From assembly GCA_963734545.1 (NCBI GenBank), contig CAVTHO010000005.1:134886-198885 (forward strand): a DNA stretch of 64,000 nt, written 5' to 3'. Positions 45,043 to 54,410 of this stretch are shown piece after piece. The first letter of the stretch is position 1, and each line of letters starts with the position of its first letter. Made by a program: the position numbers and the translations under genes. Under the pieces are notes generated by a model. The model was not told the origin of the DNA and did not search any database. It saw only the letters and a program-made list of their open reading frames with translations. The stretch is from an uncultured Spirochaetota bacterium (GTDB lineage Bacteria > Spirochaetota > Spirochaetia > SZUA-6 > Fen-1364).

Positions 45043-46182
45043 TCAGCGGCAGAAGTCTTCGATCATGCCCAGGGCCACTGCGCTGCAGGCCCGCACGGAT
45101 TCCAGATCGACCCATTCGGTTTCGCCGTGCAGGCCCATTCCGCGCGGGCCCAGTATCACCGCGGGAATTCCCGCCGCGGCGATCAAGGCTGAATCCATCC
45201 AGGCGCCCATGCCCGAGAGCATCGGCGCCTCCTTCGTGACAGCTTCCACATGGCGTTTCGCCAGCTCCACTATGGGCGCATCCCTCCGAGCTTCATAGGG
45301 TTCACGCGCAAACAGCCTCCGCAGAGTCGCCTTGAAGCCGGGATCTTCCCGCCCGATCCGGTCGAGCCTCAGGCGAAGCTCATTCTCGATTGCGTCGATG
45401 CTTTCGTCCGGAATCGTCCTGCGCTCGATGCCCAGCCTGCAGGAGGCCGGATAGCTGGACAGTTCCTGGCCGCCCTGGATCAACGAGGCGTGGATCGAGC
45501 CGGGGCCCAGAATCGCGTGGCCGCGGGATTTCGAGAGCCTGTTCGCAATCTCGCCGATCGCCACGAGAACCCTGCCCATCTTCGCAATCGCGTCCCGGCC
45601 GATATCGGGCCGGGACCCGTGCGCCGCCACCCCGTGCGTCTCGATCTCGAACCAGACGAATCCCTTGTGCGCGGTCACGATCTGCAGTCCTGTCGGCTCG
45701 CCCACGATGGCGGCATCCGCTTTCCACTTCTTCACGACCGCCTCGGTCCCGGCGCTTGCATACTCCTCGTCCACGACTGCGGTGAGGATTGCATCGCCGC
45801 GAAGCGGCAGCTCCTTCGCGTCATCGAGGGCAACCATGAACGCGGCGAGGGCAGCCTTGGTATCCATCGCGCCTCTGCCAAAGAGCCGCCCGTCGCGGAT
45901 CTCGGGCTGGAACGGGCTCTGCATCCCGGCGACACCCACCGTGTCCATGTGCGCATTCAGCATCAACGATCTGCCGCCGCCGGTGCCCCGGGCAACCGCG
46001 ACAATATTCGGCCGATCCTTTCGGCCGGAATCCTCGACGTGCACTTCGAGTCCCCGCCTGCCCAGCCAGTCAGCCACGTAGGCGGCAATCTCCCCCTCGC
46101 CCTTCGCGCCCGGCACCAGGTCGGGATTGACCGAGTCGATGGAAACGAGGCCGGCCAGGAGCTCGACACAATCGCTCTTCAC
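45043..46182 (-). CDS. M20-family metallopeptidase (ArgE/DapE/acetylornithine deacetylase-like)
   Basis: C-terminal 379 codons of track ORF 45043..47271. GTG 46182 gives (M)KSDCVELLAGLVSIDSVNP... Motifs: LNAHMDTV, GRGAMDTK, VVDEEYAS. The longer N-terminal extension in the track is antisense to the OYE gene. Confidence 0.75.
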   Translation of the reverse strand: MKSDCVELLAGLVSIDSVNPDLVPGAKGEGEIAAYVADWLGRRGLEVHVEDSGRKDRPNIVAVARGTGGGRSLMLNAHMDTVGVAGMQSPFQPEIRDGRLFGRGAMDTKAALAAFMVALDDAKELPLRGDAILTAVVDEEYASAGTEAVVKKWKADAAIVGEPTGLQIVTAHKGFVWFEIETHGVAAHGSRPDIGRDAIAKMGRVLVAIGEIANRLSKSRGHAILGPGSIHASLIQGGQELSSYPASCRLGIERRTIPDESIDAIENELRLRLDRIGREDPGFKATLRRLFAREPYEARRDAPIVELAKRHVEAVTKEAPMLSGMGAWMDSALIAAAGIPAVILGPRGMGLHGETEWVDLESVRACSAVALGMIEDFCR

Positions 46183-46275
46183 AACCGGTTTATACCACGA
46201 ACTGCGCCCCGCTGAAATGCCGAACCTTCCCGGGGAGCCGCGTCCCCTGCTATGATCGGCGCGGAGGAGGGACGG

Positions 46276-47334
46276 ATGCTCTTCACCCCCCTGACGATTC
46301 GCGACCTCGTGCTCCGCAACCGCATAGTCGTATCGCCCATGTGCCAATACTCCTGCGTGGACGGCTTTGCCACCGACTGGCACCTGGTCCATCTGGGCAG
46401 CCGCGCCGTCGGAGGAGCGGGTCTCGTCATTGCGGAGGCAACCGCGGCCCAGCCGCGTGGAAGGATCAGCCCGCACGATCTCGGCATCTGGAAGGACGAG
46501 CATGTCGGCGCGCTCGAGCGCGTGGCACGCTTCATCGCCCTTCAGGGCGCCGCGCCCGGCATCCAGATCGCCCATGCGGGGCGCAAGGCATCGGTGTCCG
46601 TTCCCTGGGAGGGCGGCCATCCCGTCGCGGAGGCTGACGGCGGCTGGACGCCGGTGGGGCCGAGCGCGCTCCCTTACGCTCCCGGCTCCCCGATTCCCGA
46701 CCCGCTCTCCGCGCAGGAGATTGCCGAAGTGGCCGCGTCCTTCGGGGCAGCGGCGCAGCGAGCCCTGTCCGCCGGCTTCAAGGTCGTCGAGCTGCACTTC
46801 GCGCACGGATACCTCGTGCACGAGTTCCTCTCCCCGCTTTCCAACATCCGCACGGACGCGTACGGAGGCTCGCTCGACAATCGCGCGCGTATTGCGCGCG
46901 AGATCGTGCGGGCAGTCCGGGCCGTCTGGCCCGAGCGCCTTCCCTTGTTCGCCCGCGTCTCCTGCACCGAGTGGGCGGAAGGAGGATGGGATATCGAGGA
47001 ATCGGTGGAGCTGGCGCGTGTTCTGAAGACGGACGGCGTCGATCTGGTGGACTGCTCCGCCGGCGGCAACATCCATGGCGCAGCGGCCCCCTCGGGCCCG
47101 GGCTATCTCACTCCCTACGCGGAGAGAATCCGCCGGGAGGCGGGCATCTCCACCAGCACGGTCGGGTTCATCACCTCTGCGCAGCAGGCAGAACACATCC
47201 TGCGGAACGGCCAGGCTGACCTCGTGGTGCTCGCGCGGCAGCTTCTGCGCGATCCCTACTGGCCCCTGCACGCCGCGGCGGAGCTCCGCGCGGAGACTCC
47301 CTGGCCGAATCAGTACCTGCGGGCCAAGGGCTAG
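46276..47334 (+). CDS. NADH:flavin oxidoreductase, Old Yellow Enzyme family (YqjM-type)
   Basis: ATG 46276 follows GGAGGAGGGA. Motifs: [30 protein letters not shown]. Confidence 0.85.
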   Translation: MLFTPLTIRDLVLRNRIVVSPMCQYSCVDGFATDWHLVHLGSRAVGGAGLVIAEATAAQPRGRISPHDLGIWKDEHVGALERVARFIALQGAAPGIQIAHAGRKASVSVPWEGGHPVAEADGGWTPVGPSALPYAPGSPIPDPLSAQEIAEVAASFGAAAQRALSAGFKVVELHFAHGYLVHEFLSPLSNIRTDAYGGSLDNRARIAREIVRAVRAVWPERLPLFARVSCTEWAEGGWDIEESVELARVLKTDGVDLVDCSAGGNIHGAAAPSGPGYLTPYAERIRREAGISTSTVGFITSAQQAEHILRNGQADLVVLARQLLRDPYWPLHAAAELRAETPWPNQYLRAKG

Positions 47335-47362
47335 CTCCCCCTACCGCGGAGAAGTCCCGCGC

Positions 47363-48221
47363 TCACCGTGCTGCCTCCTGCGCGCCGCGTTCGGCAGCGG
47401 CTACTGTCTGGGCAATGAGGGTGACGATCGTCATCGGTCCGACCCCTCCGGGAACCGGCGTATATGCGGCACACCGACCGATCACGGCGGAGAGCTCGAT
47501 ATCGCCCACATTGCCCGGGATGATAGCCCGCATCGACAACCACTGCGCCGTCCCGTATCCACGCGCCTTTGATGAACTCGGGCCTGCCGACCGCTCCGAC
47601 GACGAGATCTGCGCTTCTGACGATCTCCGCCAGCTCCTGCGTCCGTGAATGGCAGATCGTCACCGTGGCGTTTGCGTTGAGGAGCATCATGGCCACGGGC
47701 TTGCCCAGGATCGGGCTTCGCCCGACAACCACCGCGTGTTTCCCTTCCAGCGGGATCCGGTAGTGCGTGAGCAGCCGCATGATCCCTGCCGGCGTGGCCG
47801 AGCCGAAGGCGGGTTCATTCATCGCCATCCTGCCGAAGCCGAGTAGAGTGACCCCGTCCACATCCTTCGCGATGTCTATCCGTTCGAAGCAGCGTCTCTC
47901 GTCGATGGGGGACGGCACGGGGTGCTGCAGGAGGATCCCCCGCACCCCGGGATTCGCGTTCAGCTCGTCGATCCGGGCAAGCAGCTCATCCGTCGTGGTG
48001 GTCGGGGGAAGCACGACCTTGAGGGACTCCATGCCGACACGCCGGCAGGCGTTTCCCTTCATTTTCACATAGGTCGCGGATGCGGGGTCGTCACCCACCA
48101 GGATGGTGGCAAGGATAGGAGCTCTGCCTCCCGACCTCTCGGCAAGCTTCCGCACTCTGACGGCCAGCTCCGCCTCGATCTGCTGGGCAAGCACTTTCCC
48201 GTCCAGTATGACTGCTGCCAT
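47363..48221 (-). CDS. folD: Bifunctional methylenetetrahydrofolate dehydrogenase/cyclohydrolase FolD (one frame break in this assembly)
   Basis: ILDGK..., [30 protein letters not shown]. After ..DAGYHPG the true tail ([37 protein letters not shown].., stop 47363-47365) is recovered by removing one G of CCCGGG at 47514-47519. Confidence 0.85.
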
Positions 48222-48341
48222 GAGGTCAGGATAGCACGAGACAGCGCCCGGAGGAATGCAGGCGGGCCGGCGGCTCCCGGGGGGAGTGAGTGCGTGAGCC
48301 CCGACTTTGTGCTACACTGGACGCGAGGAGGCTCTATCCAC

Positions 48342-48920
48342 ATGAGCTTACTGAAAATGATGGTCCCCGTGCTTCTGGTGCTTGCGCTCTTCGCGTGTGC
48401 GAAGCCGCCTCAGGCAGATATCGACGCTGCCCGGGCTGCGGTGGCCGCGGCGGCGAAGAACCCGGACATAGTGGCATATGCGCCGGATACGCTGAAGTCC
48501 GCCCAGGACAAGCTGGCCCAGATGGAAACCGAGCTCGGCGCAAAGCACTACGACAAGGTGAAGACCCTCGCCCTCGACGCCAAGACGACCGCCGAAGCGG
48601 CAGTGAATGACGCGGCCCGGAACAAGGAAAAGGCGCAGGCGGACGCCCGCACTCTCATCGACGCCCTGAAGAAGGCCCTTCCCGCGGCTGAGAAGAAAGC
48701 GGCGGCGGCGAGAAACGTGAGAGGAATCAAGCTCGATTTCGGCGCCCTGGCAAAGCAGCTCGCGGACGCCAAGGCGGCAGTAGCGGACGCAGACAGGGAC
48801 CTGGCGGCGGGCAACTATGCCACGGCGCTCCGAAAAGCCATCGCGGTGCAGACGCAGCTGAATGACGGGGAAAAGGCCGTTTCAGATGCCGTGCAGGCCG
48901 CAGCGGCCAGGAAAAAGTAG
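48342..48920 (+). CDS. Lipoprotein with Ala/Lys-rich helical region
   Basis: ATG 48342 follows GAGGAGG. MSLLKMMVPVLLVLALFAC lipobox. The longer track ORF 47922..48920 is antisense to folD upstream. Confidence 0.7.
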   Translation: MSLLKMMVPVLLVLALFACAKPPQADIDAARAAVAAAAKNPDIVAYAPDTLKSAQDKLAQMETELGAKHYDKVKTLALDAKTTAEAAVNDAARNKEKAQADARTLIDALKKALPAAEKKAAAARNVRGIKLDFGALAKQLADAKAAVADADRDLAAGNYATALRKAIAVQTQLNDGEKAVSDAVQAAAARKK

Positions 48921-48950
48921 CCTTTCACCTCGCGAGAACTGAACTAAGAG

Positions 48951-48978
48951 AAGGCCTCCCAAAGGGAGGCCTTTTTGT
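48951..48978 (+). terminator. Rho-independent terminator
   Basis: Perfect 10-bp stem AAGGCCTCCC / GGGAGGCCTT with a 3-nt loop, followed by a T run. 30 nt after the lipoprotein stop. Confidence 0.65.
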
Positions 48979-49032
48979 ATCGCCGCTCGAGCACGCCGAC
49001 ATGCGCGCGTTCCGATCGAACGGGTCCGGTGC

Positions 49033-49593
49033 CTATCCGGGGAACAGGGCCGGCAGAAGCCGGCTGCCGATCCTGCCGAGTCCCACGGCGCTGGCGACCC
49101 CGCCGGCAAGGAGCACGGCATCCACGATCCTCACCCACGTTTCATATGGTCCCACGACAAATGTGAGGATGGCCGCCGCTGTCGTGGTCACGAAGAAGAC
49201 GAGGCCGAAAAGCTTTTTTCTCTTCAGGAGCGGAGTGGTCGTCCGCCGGAACCGGATGGTGCCGTCGAAAAGACCGGTCAGGAACGATGCGATGACCGCC
49301 AGGGGGAGCACCCCCTCCAGCGCACTCAGGATTCCCGTCACGGTTTCGCGAAAGAGCCCGGGAAACACCAGCACGAACAGGGCGAGCACAAACGCGGATG
49401 CGGCGAAGGAAATGGAAAAGTGGACGACGATGGGGTGGATGTCGAAGGACAGGAGAAGCCGGCGCTTCTCGGAAACAGGATCCTTCCACGGCTCCATCAT
49501 CTTGCGCGGCACCCCGCACGCGGGACACACCTCCCCCACCTGGCCTGCTTCCGTGACGTAGCCACAGGATTTGCATCTCAAAAGCTCAGCCAT
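49033..49593 (-). CDS. Zinc-ribbon (rubredoxin-like) plus DUF2231-type membrane protein
   Basis: CKSCGY..CPACG at the N-terminus. IHPIVVHFSISF motif and four TM helices. Confidence 0.7.
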   Translation of the reverse strand: MAELLRCKSCGYVTEAGQVGEVCPACGVPRKMMEPWKDPVSEKRRLLLSFDIHPIVVHFSISFAASAFVLALFVLVFPGLFRETVTGILSALEGVLPLAVIASFLTGLFDGTIRFRRTTTPLLKRKKLFGLVFFVTTTAAAILTFVVGPYETWVRIVDAVLLAGGVASAVGLGRIGSRLLPALFPG

Positions 49594-49625
49594 GACACCC
49601 TCCCTTCGGGATCTCTCCCGCGTAC

Positions 49626-49727
49626 GCCGAGGGCACGACGCCCGAATGGCAGCCCGTAGGCCTTCCGCGGTACCCGCAGAGTTGGACGCCGAGGGCTGCC
49701 GAGGGCACGACGTCCGATAGGCAGCCC
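49626..49727. repeat. Intergenic 30-nt direct repeat pair (27/30 identical, 72-nt period) with a third partial copy
   Basis: gccgagggcacgacgcccgaatggcagccc (49626-49655) and gccgagggcacgacgtccgataggcagccc (49698-49727). A partial copy cgccgagggc lies at 49687-49696. Confidence 0.8.
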
Positions 49728-50597
49728 TATGCCCCTGACTTCTTCACCGCTTCCTCTGCAAGGTTCACGAGCGGCTTGAGCATGCCCATGAACTCCATCG
49801 GGAAGATGAACTTGGTGGCCGCGCCTGTCCCCATCGTTTTCAACGTCTCGAAGTACTGGAGCATCATGGTCTTTGAGTCGATCGTCTTCGCCGTGCCGAA
49901 GATCTTTTCCAGCGCAAGGGCAAAGCCCTCCGCGCGCAGGACGGCCGCCTGCCGGTCACCTTCCGCCTTGAGGATGGCCGACTGCTTCTCCCCTTCCGCC
50001 ACCAGGATGGCCGAGGCGCGCTTGCCCTCGCTCTCGATGACCATCGCCCGACGGTTCCTTTCCGCGGACATCTGCCGGTTCATGGCGTCCTGGATGTCCT
50101 TGGGGGGAACGATCTCCCTGATCTCCACGCTGGTCACCTTGACGCCCCAGCGCTCGGTCACCTCGTCCAGCTTGGTGCGCAGGACCCGGTTGATGTCCTC
50201 CCGCTTGGCCAGCACGTCGTCGAGCGGGATGTCACCGATCACGGCGCGCAGCGTGGTGGTGGCGATCTTCTGGCTGGCGCCCGCATAGTTCGCGACCTGG
50301 ATCACCGACAAGGCGGGGTCCATGACGCGCCAGTAGATGAGGAAGTCGATGTCGATGGGCGCATTGTCCTTGGTGATGCAGGTCTGGCTGGGGATCTCCA
50401 GGTAGAGCTCCCGGAGGTCCGTCCACACCGGCTTGTCCACGATGGGAATCAGGAAAACCAGGCCCGGGTCCCTTGGCGCCGATGGAGCGGCCCAGCCGGA
50501 ACACGACAAGGCGCTGATACTCCCTGACAACCTTGATCGATGCCGACAGGATGATGATCACCATGACGACAATCACCGCGATCCAGATATAGTTCAT
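49727..50597 (-). CDS. SPFH/band-7 stomatin-like protein (one frame break in this assembly)
   Basis: N-terminus MNYIWIAVIVVMVIIILSASIKVVREYQRLVVFRLGRSIGAKGPG is from track ORF 50232..50708. The rest, LVFLIPIVDKPVWTDLREL...VEIREIVPPKDIQDAM, is from ORF 49727..50530. They join by removing one G of CCCGGG at 50463-50468. Confidence 0.85.
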
Positions 50598-51949
50598 GAG
50601 ATACCTCCCTCTTTTGCCCGGCGGACGAGCAGGCACAGCCCCTCGCGGCCGACGATCTCCACTCTTTCCCCGGCGCGTATCGGGCCCTCGTCGGAACGCG
50701 CGCTCCACTGCTCTCCCGAAGACTGGACCAGCCCCTCCGGCGCGATGTCGGTGACCGCCACCCCCCTGCTGCCGGCAAGGGCCTCGACGCCGAACGAGAT
50801 CCGCCTGGCCTGGGCAAGGATTCCCTTGCCAAGGACAAATACGAAGAATGCCACCACGAGAACGGTCATGATCACGATTGTCACGACCGAGACATGCACC
50901 CCCGCCAGCGGCGGCATTCCCGGCACTGCCGCGGCCCGGGCCTGGGCCCGTCCCGGCGGAAACAACAGGAACGAACCGAGCACGAACGCCACGACGCCCC
51001 CCGCGGTGAGAAGCCCGTGCGTCGGGGTCTTGAGATCCACGATGAAGAGCACGATCGCCAGGAGGATGAAAACGATCCCCCCGACGCTGGTCGGCAGGTT
51101 GCCGAAAGAGATGAAAGCCATGAGAAGCGCGATGGCCCCCGCGACGCCGGGCGCTATCGCGCCGGGAGAAGAGATCTCGAAGATGACGCCGAAGATGCCC
51201 AGCACGAGAAGAATGTAGGCGATGTCGGGATTGACGAGAAAGCCGAGAAACCGGTCTATGAAATTCGTGCGGAAGCGCCTGACCTCTGCGGCGGCGCTGT
51301 GAATGACGAGCGGCCCTGCCTGCGTCGTCACGGTGCGGCCCTCCACCGCGGAAAGCAGGTCTCCAAGGTCACGCGCGGAAAAGTCCACGACACGCTGCGA
51401 CACGGCCTGGCTTTCCGTGAGGGAAATGCTGCGGCGCACCGCCTGGTCCGCCCACGCCCGGTCCCTGCCTCGGAGCTCGGCGAGCGCCTTGAGCTTTGCC
51501 GCGGCGTCATTGAGGACCTTCTCCCCCATGGCGCCGCTGATGTCTCCGCCGCCGGCATCCACCGGGTGAGCGGCCCCGATGTGCGTGCCCGGCGCCATGG
51601 CCGCCACGTGCGCCGCCATGGCGATGAAGACACCCGCTGAGGCTGCGCGCGCCCCCGGCGGCCACACGTACACCGCCACGGGAACGGGGGACGAAAGGAT
51701 CCTGTCCACGATCTGGTCCATGGACACACTGAGACCGCCGGGGGTGTCCAGCTCGATCACGGCAAGCTGCGCCCCTTCCTGCCGCGCCCTGTCCAGCCCC
51801 CGCTGCACATAGCGGGCCGAGATCGGATCAATGGGCCCCGAGAGGGTGAGGACCGTCACGACCCGATTCTGCGCAAATCCAGCCGCGCCGGTCGCCAGGA
51901 GCGACACGGCGGCAAGGAAGAGGGCAATCGGGAGGGAGCGGCACTTCAT
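50594..51949 (-). CDS. nfeD: NfeD-family membrane-bound ClpP-class serine protease
   Basis: ATG 51949 (MKCRSLPIALFLAAVSLLA..). Motifs: IELDTPGGL, GARAASAGVFI. Multi-TM middle region. C-terminal OB-like domain. The stop overlaps the stomatin ATG as ATGA, the classic nfeD-stomatin pair. Confidence 0.85.
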   Translation of the reverse strand: MKCRSLPIALFLAAVSLLATGAAGFAQNRVVTVLTLSGPIDPISARYVQRGLDRARQEGAQLAVIELDTPGGLSVSMDQIVDRILSSPVPVAVYVWPPGARAASAGVFIAMAAHVAAMAPGTHIGAAHPVDAGGGDISGAMGEKVLNDAAAKLKALAELRGRDRAWADQAVRRSISLTESQAVSQRVVDFSARDLGDLLSAVEGRTVTTQAGPLVIHSAAAEVRRFRTNFIDRFLGFLVNPDIAYILLVLGIFGVIFEISSPGAIAPGVAGAIALLMAFISFGNLPTSVGGIVFILLAIVLFIVDLKTPTHGLLTAGGVVAFVLGSFLLFPPGRAQARAAAVPGMPPLAGVHVSVVTIVIMTVLVVAFFVFVLGKGILAQARRISFGVEALAGSRGVAVTDIAPEGLVQSSGEQWSARSDEGPIRAGERVEIVGREGLCLLVRRAKEGGIS

Positions 51950-52163
51950 GGGATTCGTGGACCTTGCGGCGAGTATATCCCGAATCATTCCCTGAATCCA
52001 GCCCGCGCACTGTACTCAGTGCATTTCGCGCACGCGCATCGGACGCGTCATGCCGTCCCGGATTCCCTCCGATACTCTAAGGCAGGGAGGCCGAGGGCGA
52101 GCGAGCCCAGGGACGGGCAAAAGCGAGCCCATAGGCAAAGGAAGCAGTCACGGAGGAGCACGC

Positions 52164-52394
52164 ATGAGCGAAAAGAGCCCGCAGTCGATGTTGAAATGGA
52201 TCGGCAAGACCTATGACATGTCCCCGTCTGCGCTGGCGCGCATGTTCCAGAGGAATGCACGCACCGTTACGGCATGGCTGAAGGAAGGCCGCATCACGCC
52301 GGCAAACGGGACAAAGATCCGGTCCGCCTTCTACTACCTGAACAACAGGCCGGATCCGCGCAACCCGCGGCGCTCCGGCATCGACATGATCTAG
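52164..52394 (+). CDS. Small hypothetical protein, possible HTH (76 aa)
   Basis: ATG 52164 follows GGAGGAG. The segment DMSPSALARMFQRNARTVTAWLKEGR is HTH-like. Confidence 0.4.
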   Translation: MSEKSPQSMLKWIGKTYDMSPSALARMFQRNARTVTAWLKEGRITPANGTKIRSAFYYLNNRPDPRNPRRSGIDMI

Positions 52395-52402
52395 CCGCCG
52401 GC

Positions 52403-53365
52403 ATGAGCTCTCCCCCGGGCAACCCGCGCTCCCGGCGCGGGGCCGCGACCATCGTCAGCTTTGGAGAGGTCCTCTGGGACCTGCTGCCCACCGGCCCGCT
52501 CCTCGGCGGGGCGCCGTTCAATTTCGCGTTTCGGGCATCCACCCTCGGGCATCGTGCCGTCATCGCGAGCAGACTGGGACGTGACGACAGGGGGCAGGAG
52601 GCGTTTGCGCGGATCGCCGCGCTCGGCATGGAAACAGGGTGGATCCAGTGGGACGACACTGCCCCCACAGGCACCGTAACCGTCCGGTTCGACGAGAAGG
52701 GAAACCACGATTTCACGATCATTGCGGACGTGGCCTATGATCACATTGCCGCCTCTGAGAAGCTGCTCCGACTCGGGGCCCGGGCAGACTGTCTCTGCTT
52801 CGGCACGCTTGCCCGGCGGAGCCCGACCTCCCGCGCCGCGCTGGACATGCTCCTGGAGGCTTTCGAGGGGAGGCTCGCCCTCCTTGACCTCAATCTCCGC
52901 AAGGACTGCTGGACCGACGCGGAAGTGATCTCTTCCATCGCAAGCGCCGACGTGCTGAAGCTGAACGACCAGGAGCTCCTGACCGTCGATCGTATTTTCA
53001 GCCTGCCGGGCGGCACGATCACGGAGAAGGCCCTTGCCCTGGTGAAGATGACCAACCTGCGCTGCACGGTGGTCACGCTCGGCGAGGGGGGCGCGTGCGC
53101 CGTGTCGCGCGACGGGGAAGCGGTCTATGAGCCGGCGTACGTCGTGGCGCCCGTGGACACGATCGGATCAGGAGACGCTTTCACCGCTGGTTTCATCCAC
53201 GCGCTGCTCGCGGACCGGCCCCTGTCTGATGCATGCAGGCTCGGAAACGCCCTGGGCGCCCTGGTAACGGGACAGAGGGGCGCCACAGAGCCCCTTTCCC
53301 CGGACCAGCTCGCCACCCTGCTTTCCCGCGGGGAGCGCAGGCCCGCTGACCCTCGTTTCGCATAG
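52403..53365 (+). CDS. PfkB-family carbohydrate kinase (fructokinase-like)
   Basis: ATG 52403. FGEVLWDLLP, GGAPFNFA, DTIGSGDAF. Anion-hole and catalytic motifs of the ribokinase family. Confidence 0.8.
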   Translation: MSSPPGNPRSRRGAATIVSFGEVLWDLLPTGPLLGGAPFNFAFRASTLGHRAVIASRLGRDDRGQEAFARIAALGMETGWIQWDDTAPTGTVTVRFDEKGNHDFTIIADVAYDHIAASEKLLRLGARADCLCFGTLARRSPTSRAALDMLLEAFEGRLALLDLNLRKDCWTDAEVISSIASADVLKLNDQELLTVDRIFSLPGGTITEKALALVKMTNLRCTVVTLGEGGACAVSRDGEAVYEPAYVVAPVDTIGSGDAFTAGFIHALLADRPLSDACRLGNALGALVTGQRGATEPLSPDQLATLLSRGERRPADPRFA

Positions 53366-53401
53366 CGGCTCGCTTTTGCGGTCCTCGGAACCGGGTTCCA
53401 C

Positions 53402-54410
53402 TCAGCGGCGGGGATGATCGACGAGGTACTGGTCGAGGTATTTCGAGACCAGCTCGAATGAGTTCCTGTCGTACATCTTGCCCACCAGACCGGAAAAGGT
53501 CTTGTTCAGCAGATCGTCCCATTGCAGTTCCGCCTCGGGAGTGACCTGGTTGATTTTCAGGCCGTACTTTTTCATGACGTCGATCGCCTGGCTGTCCGCC
53601 TTTACGAGATCCGGCGCAAGGGAGTCGAATATCTTCTGCGCCGCATCCATCAACTTCGGCTTCAGCTCATCCGGGAACCTCGGCCCATGTTTTCGCGCTG
53701 ACGATGGTCGCTCCCCAGAGCGGCCCGAGCTTCAGCGTGTACATGTTCGTGGCGATGCCAAACCACTGGCTGGAGGCTGCCACGAGCGGGCTCGTGGCAA
53801 AGGCGTCCACCATCCCGCCCTGCAGCGAGGTCATCAGGTCCGTCGAGGCGATTGTCACGGTCTGGAAGCCGGCGCTCTGATAGGCCTGGATTTCATCCGG
53901 GTCCCCGCTCCACACCCAGAGTTTCTGCTTGCGCAGGTCATCCGGGCGCAGAACCGGATGCCGGGAGAATATGTAGACCCAGCCGCCCATGGACCAGCCG
54001 ACCGATTTGAACCCTCGCTTCTGCAGCTCAGCGTCGAAGAGCGGCTTCATCCTGTCCAGCACGTAGGAAAGCTCATCGTCACTGCGAAGGAGCAGCGGAT
54101 ACGAGAGCGTCTTGGCGCCCTTGAAGATGCCCTGCAGACCGCTCACCGTGATTGCCGCCGCGTTCAGCGCGCCGATCCGCATCTTGCGCACCATGTCGGA
54201 TTCGTCACCGGCGATGCCTCCCGAGTAGATCTTCACCGTGATCCTGCCGCCGGAAAGCTTCTCCCACTCCCCCGCCATGCGCTTGAGGCCGATGTCCCAG
54301 GGCGAAGCGACGGGCGCAAGGCTGCCGAGCTTGATCGTGAGCCCGGAAAGCGCGCCCGCAACAAAGACCATCAGGAAGACAGTCGCGATGCGGATAAATC
54401 CTCGTCTCAT
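53402..54410 (-). CDS. TRAP-type periplasmic solute-binding protein (DctP/TatP-like; one frame break in this assembly)
   Basis: Track ORFs 53667..54578 (from ATG 54410, MRRGFIRIATVFLMVFVAG..) and 53402..53653 join as ..SAKTWAEVP|DELKPKLMDAAQKIF.. with a 1-nt correction at CCGGG 53671-53675. Confidence 0.75.

Noticed and set aside
45043-47271. 742-aa version of the M20 peptidase ORF
   Set aside because: The N-terminal 363 codons are antisense to the OYE reductase gene and look like shadow-frame sequence. The peptidase-like sequence begins at GTG 46182.
52090-52098. Fourth copy of the gccgagggc repeat core
   Set aside because: Only 9 nt match. In GC-rich DNA of this length that could be chance.
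6106-53675. Reading the many frame-shifted genes as pseudogenes of a decaying genome
   Set aside because: All breaks are single-base and most sit in short G/C runs of one motif class. They hit core genes (folD, pstA, phoR), and the flanking reading frames show no other damage. Sequencing or assembly error is the simpler explanation. This needs read-level confirmation.
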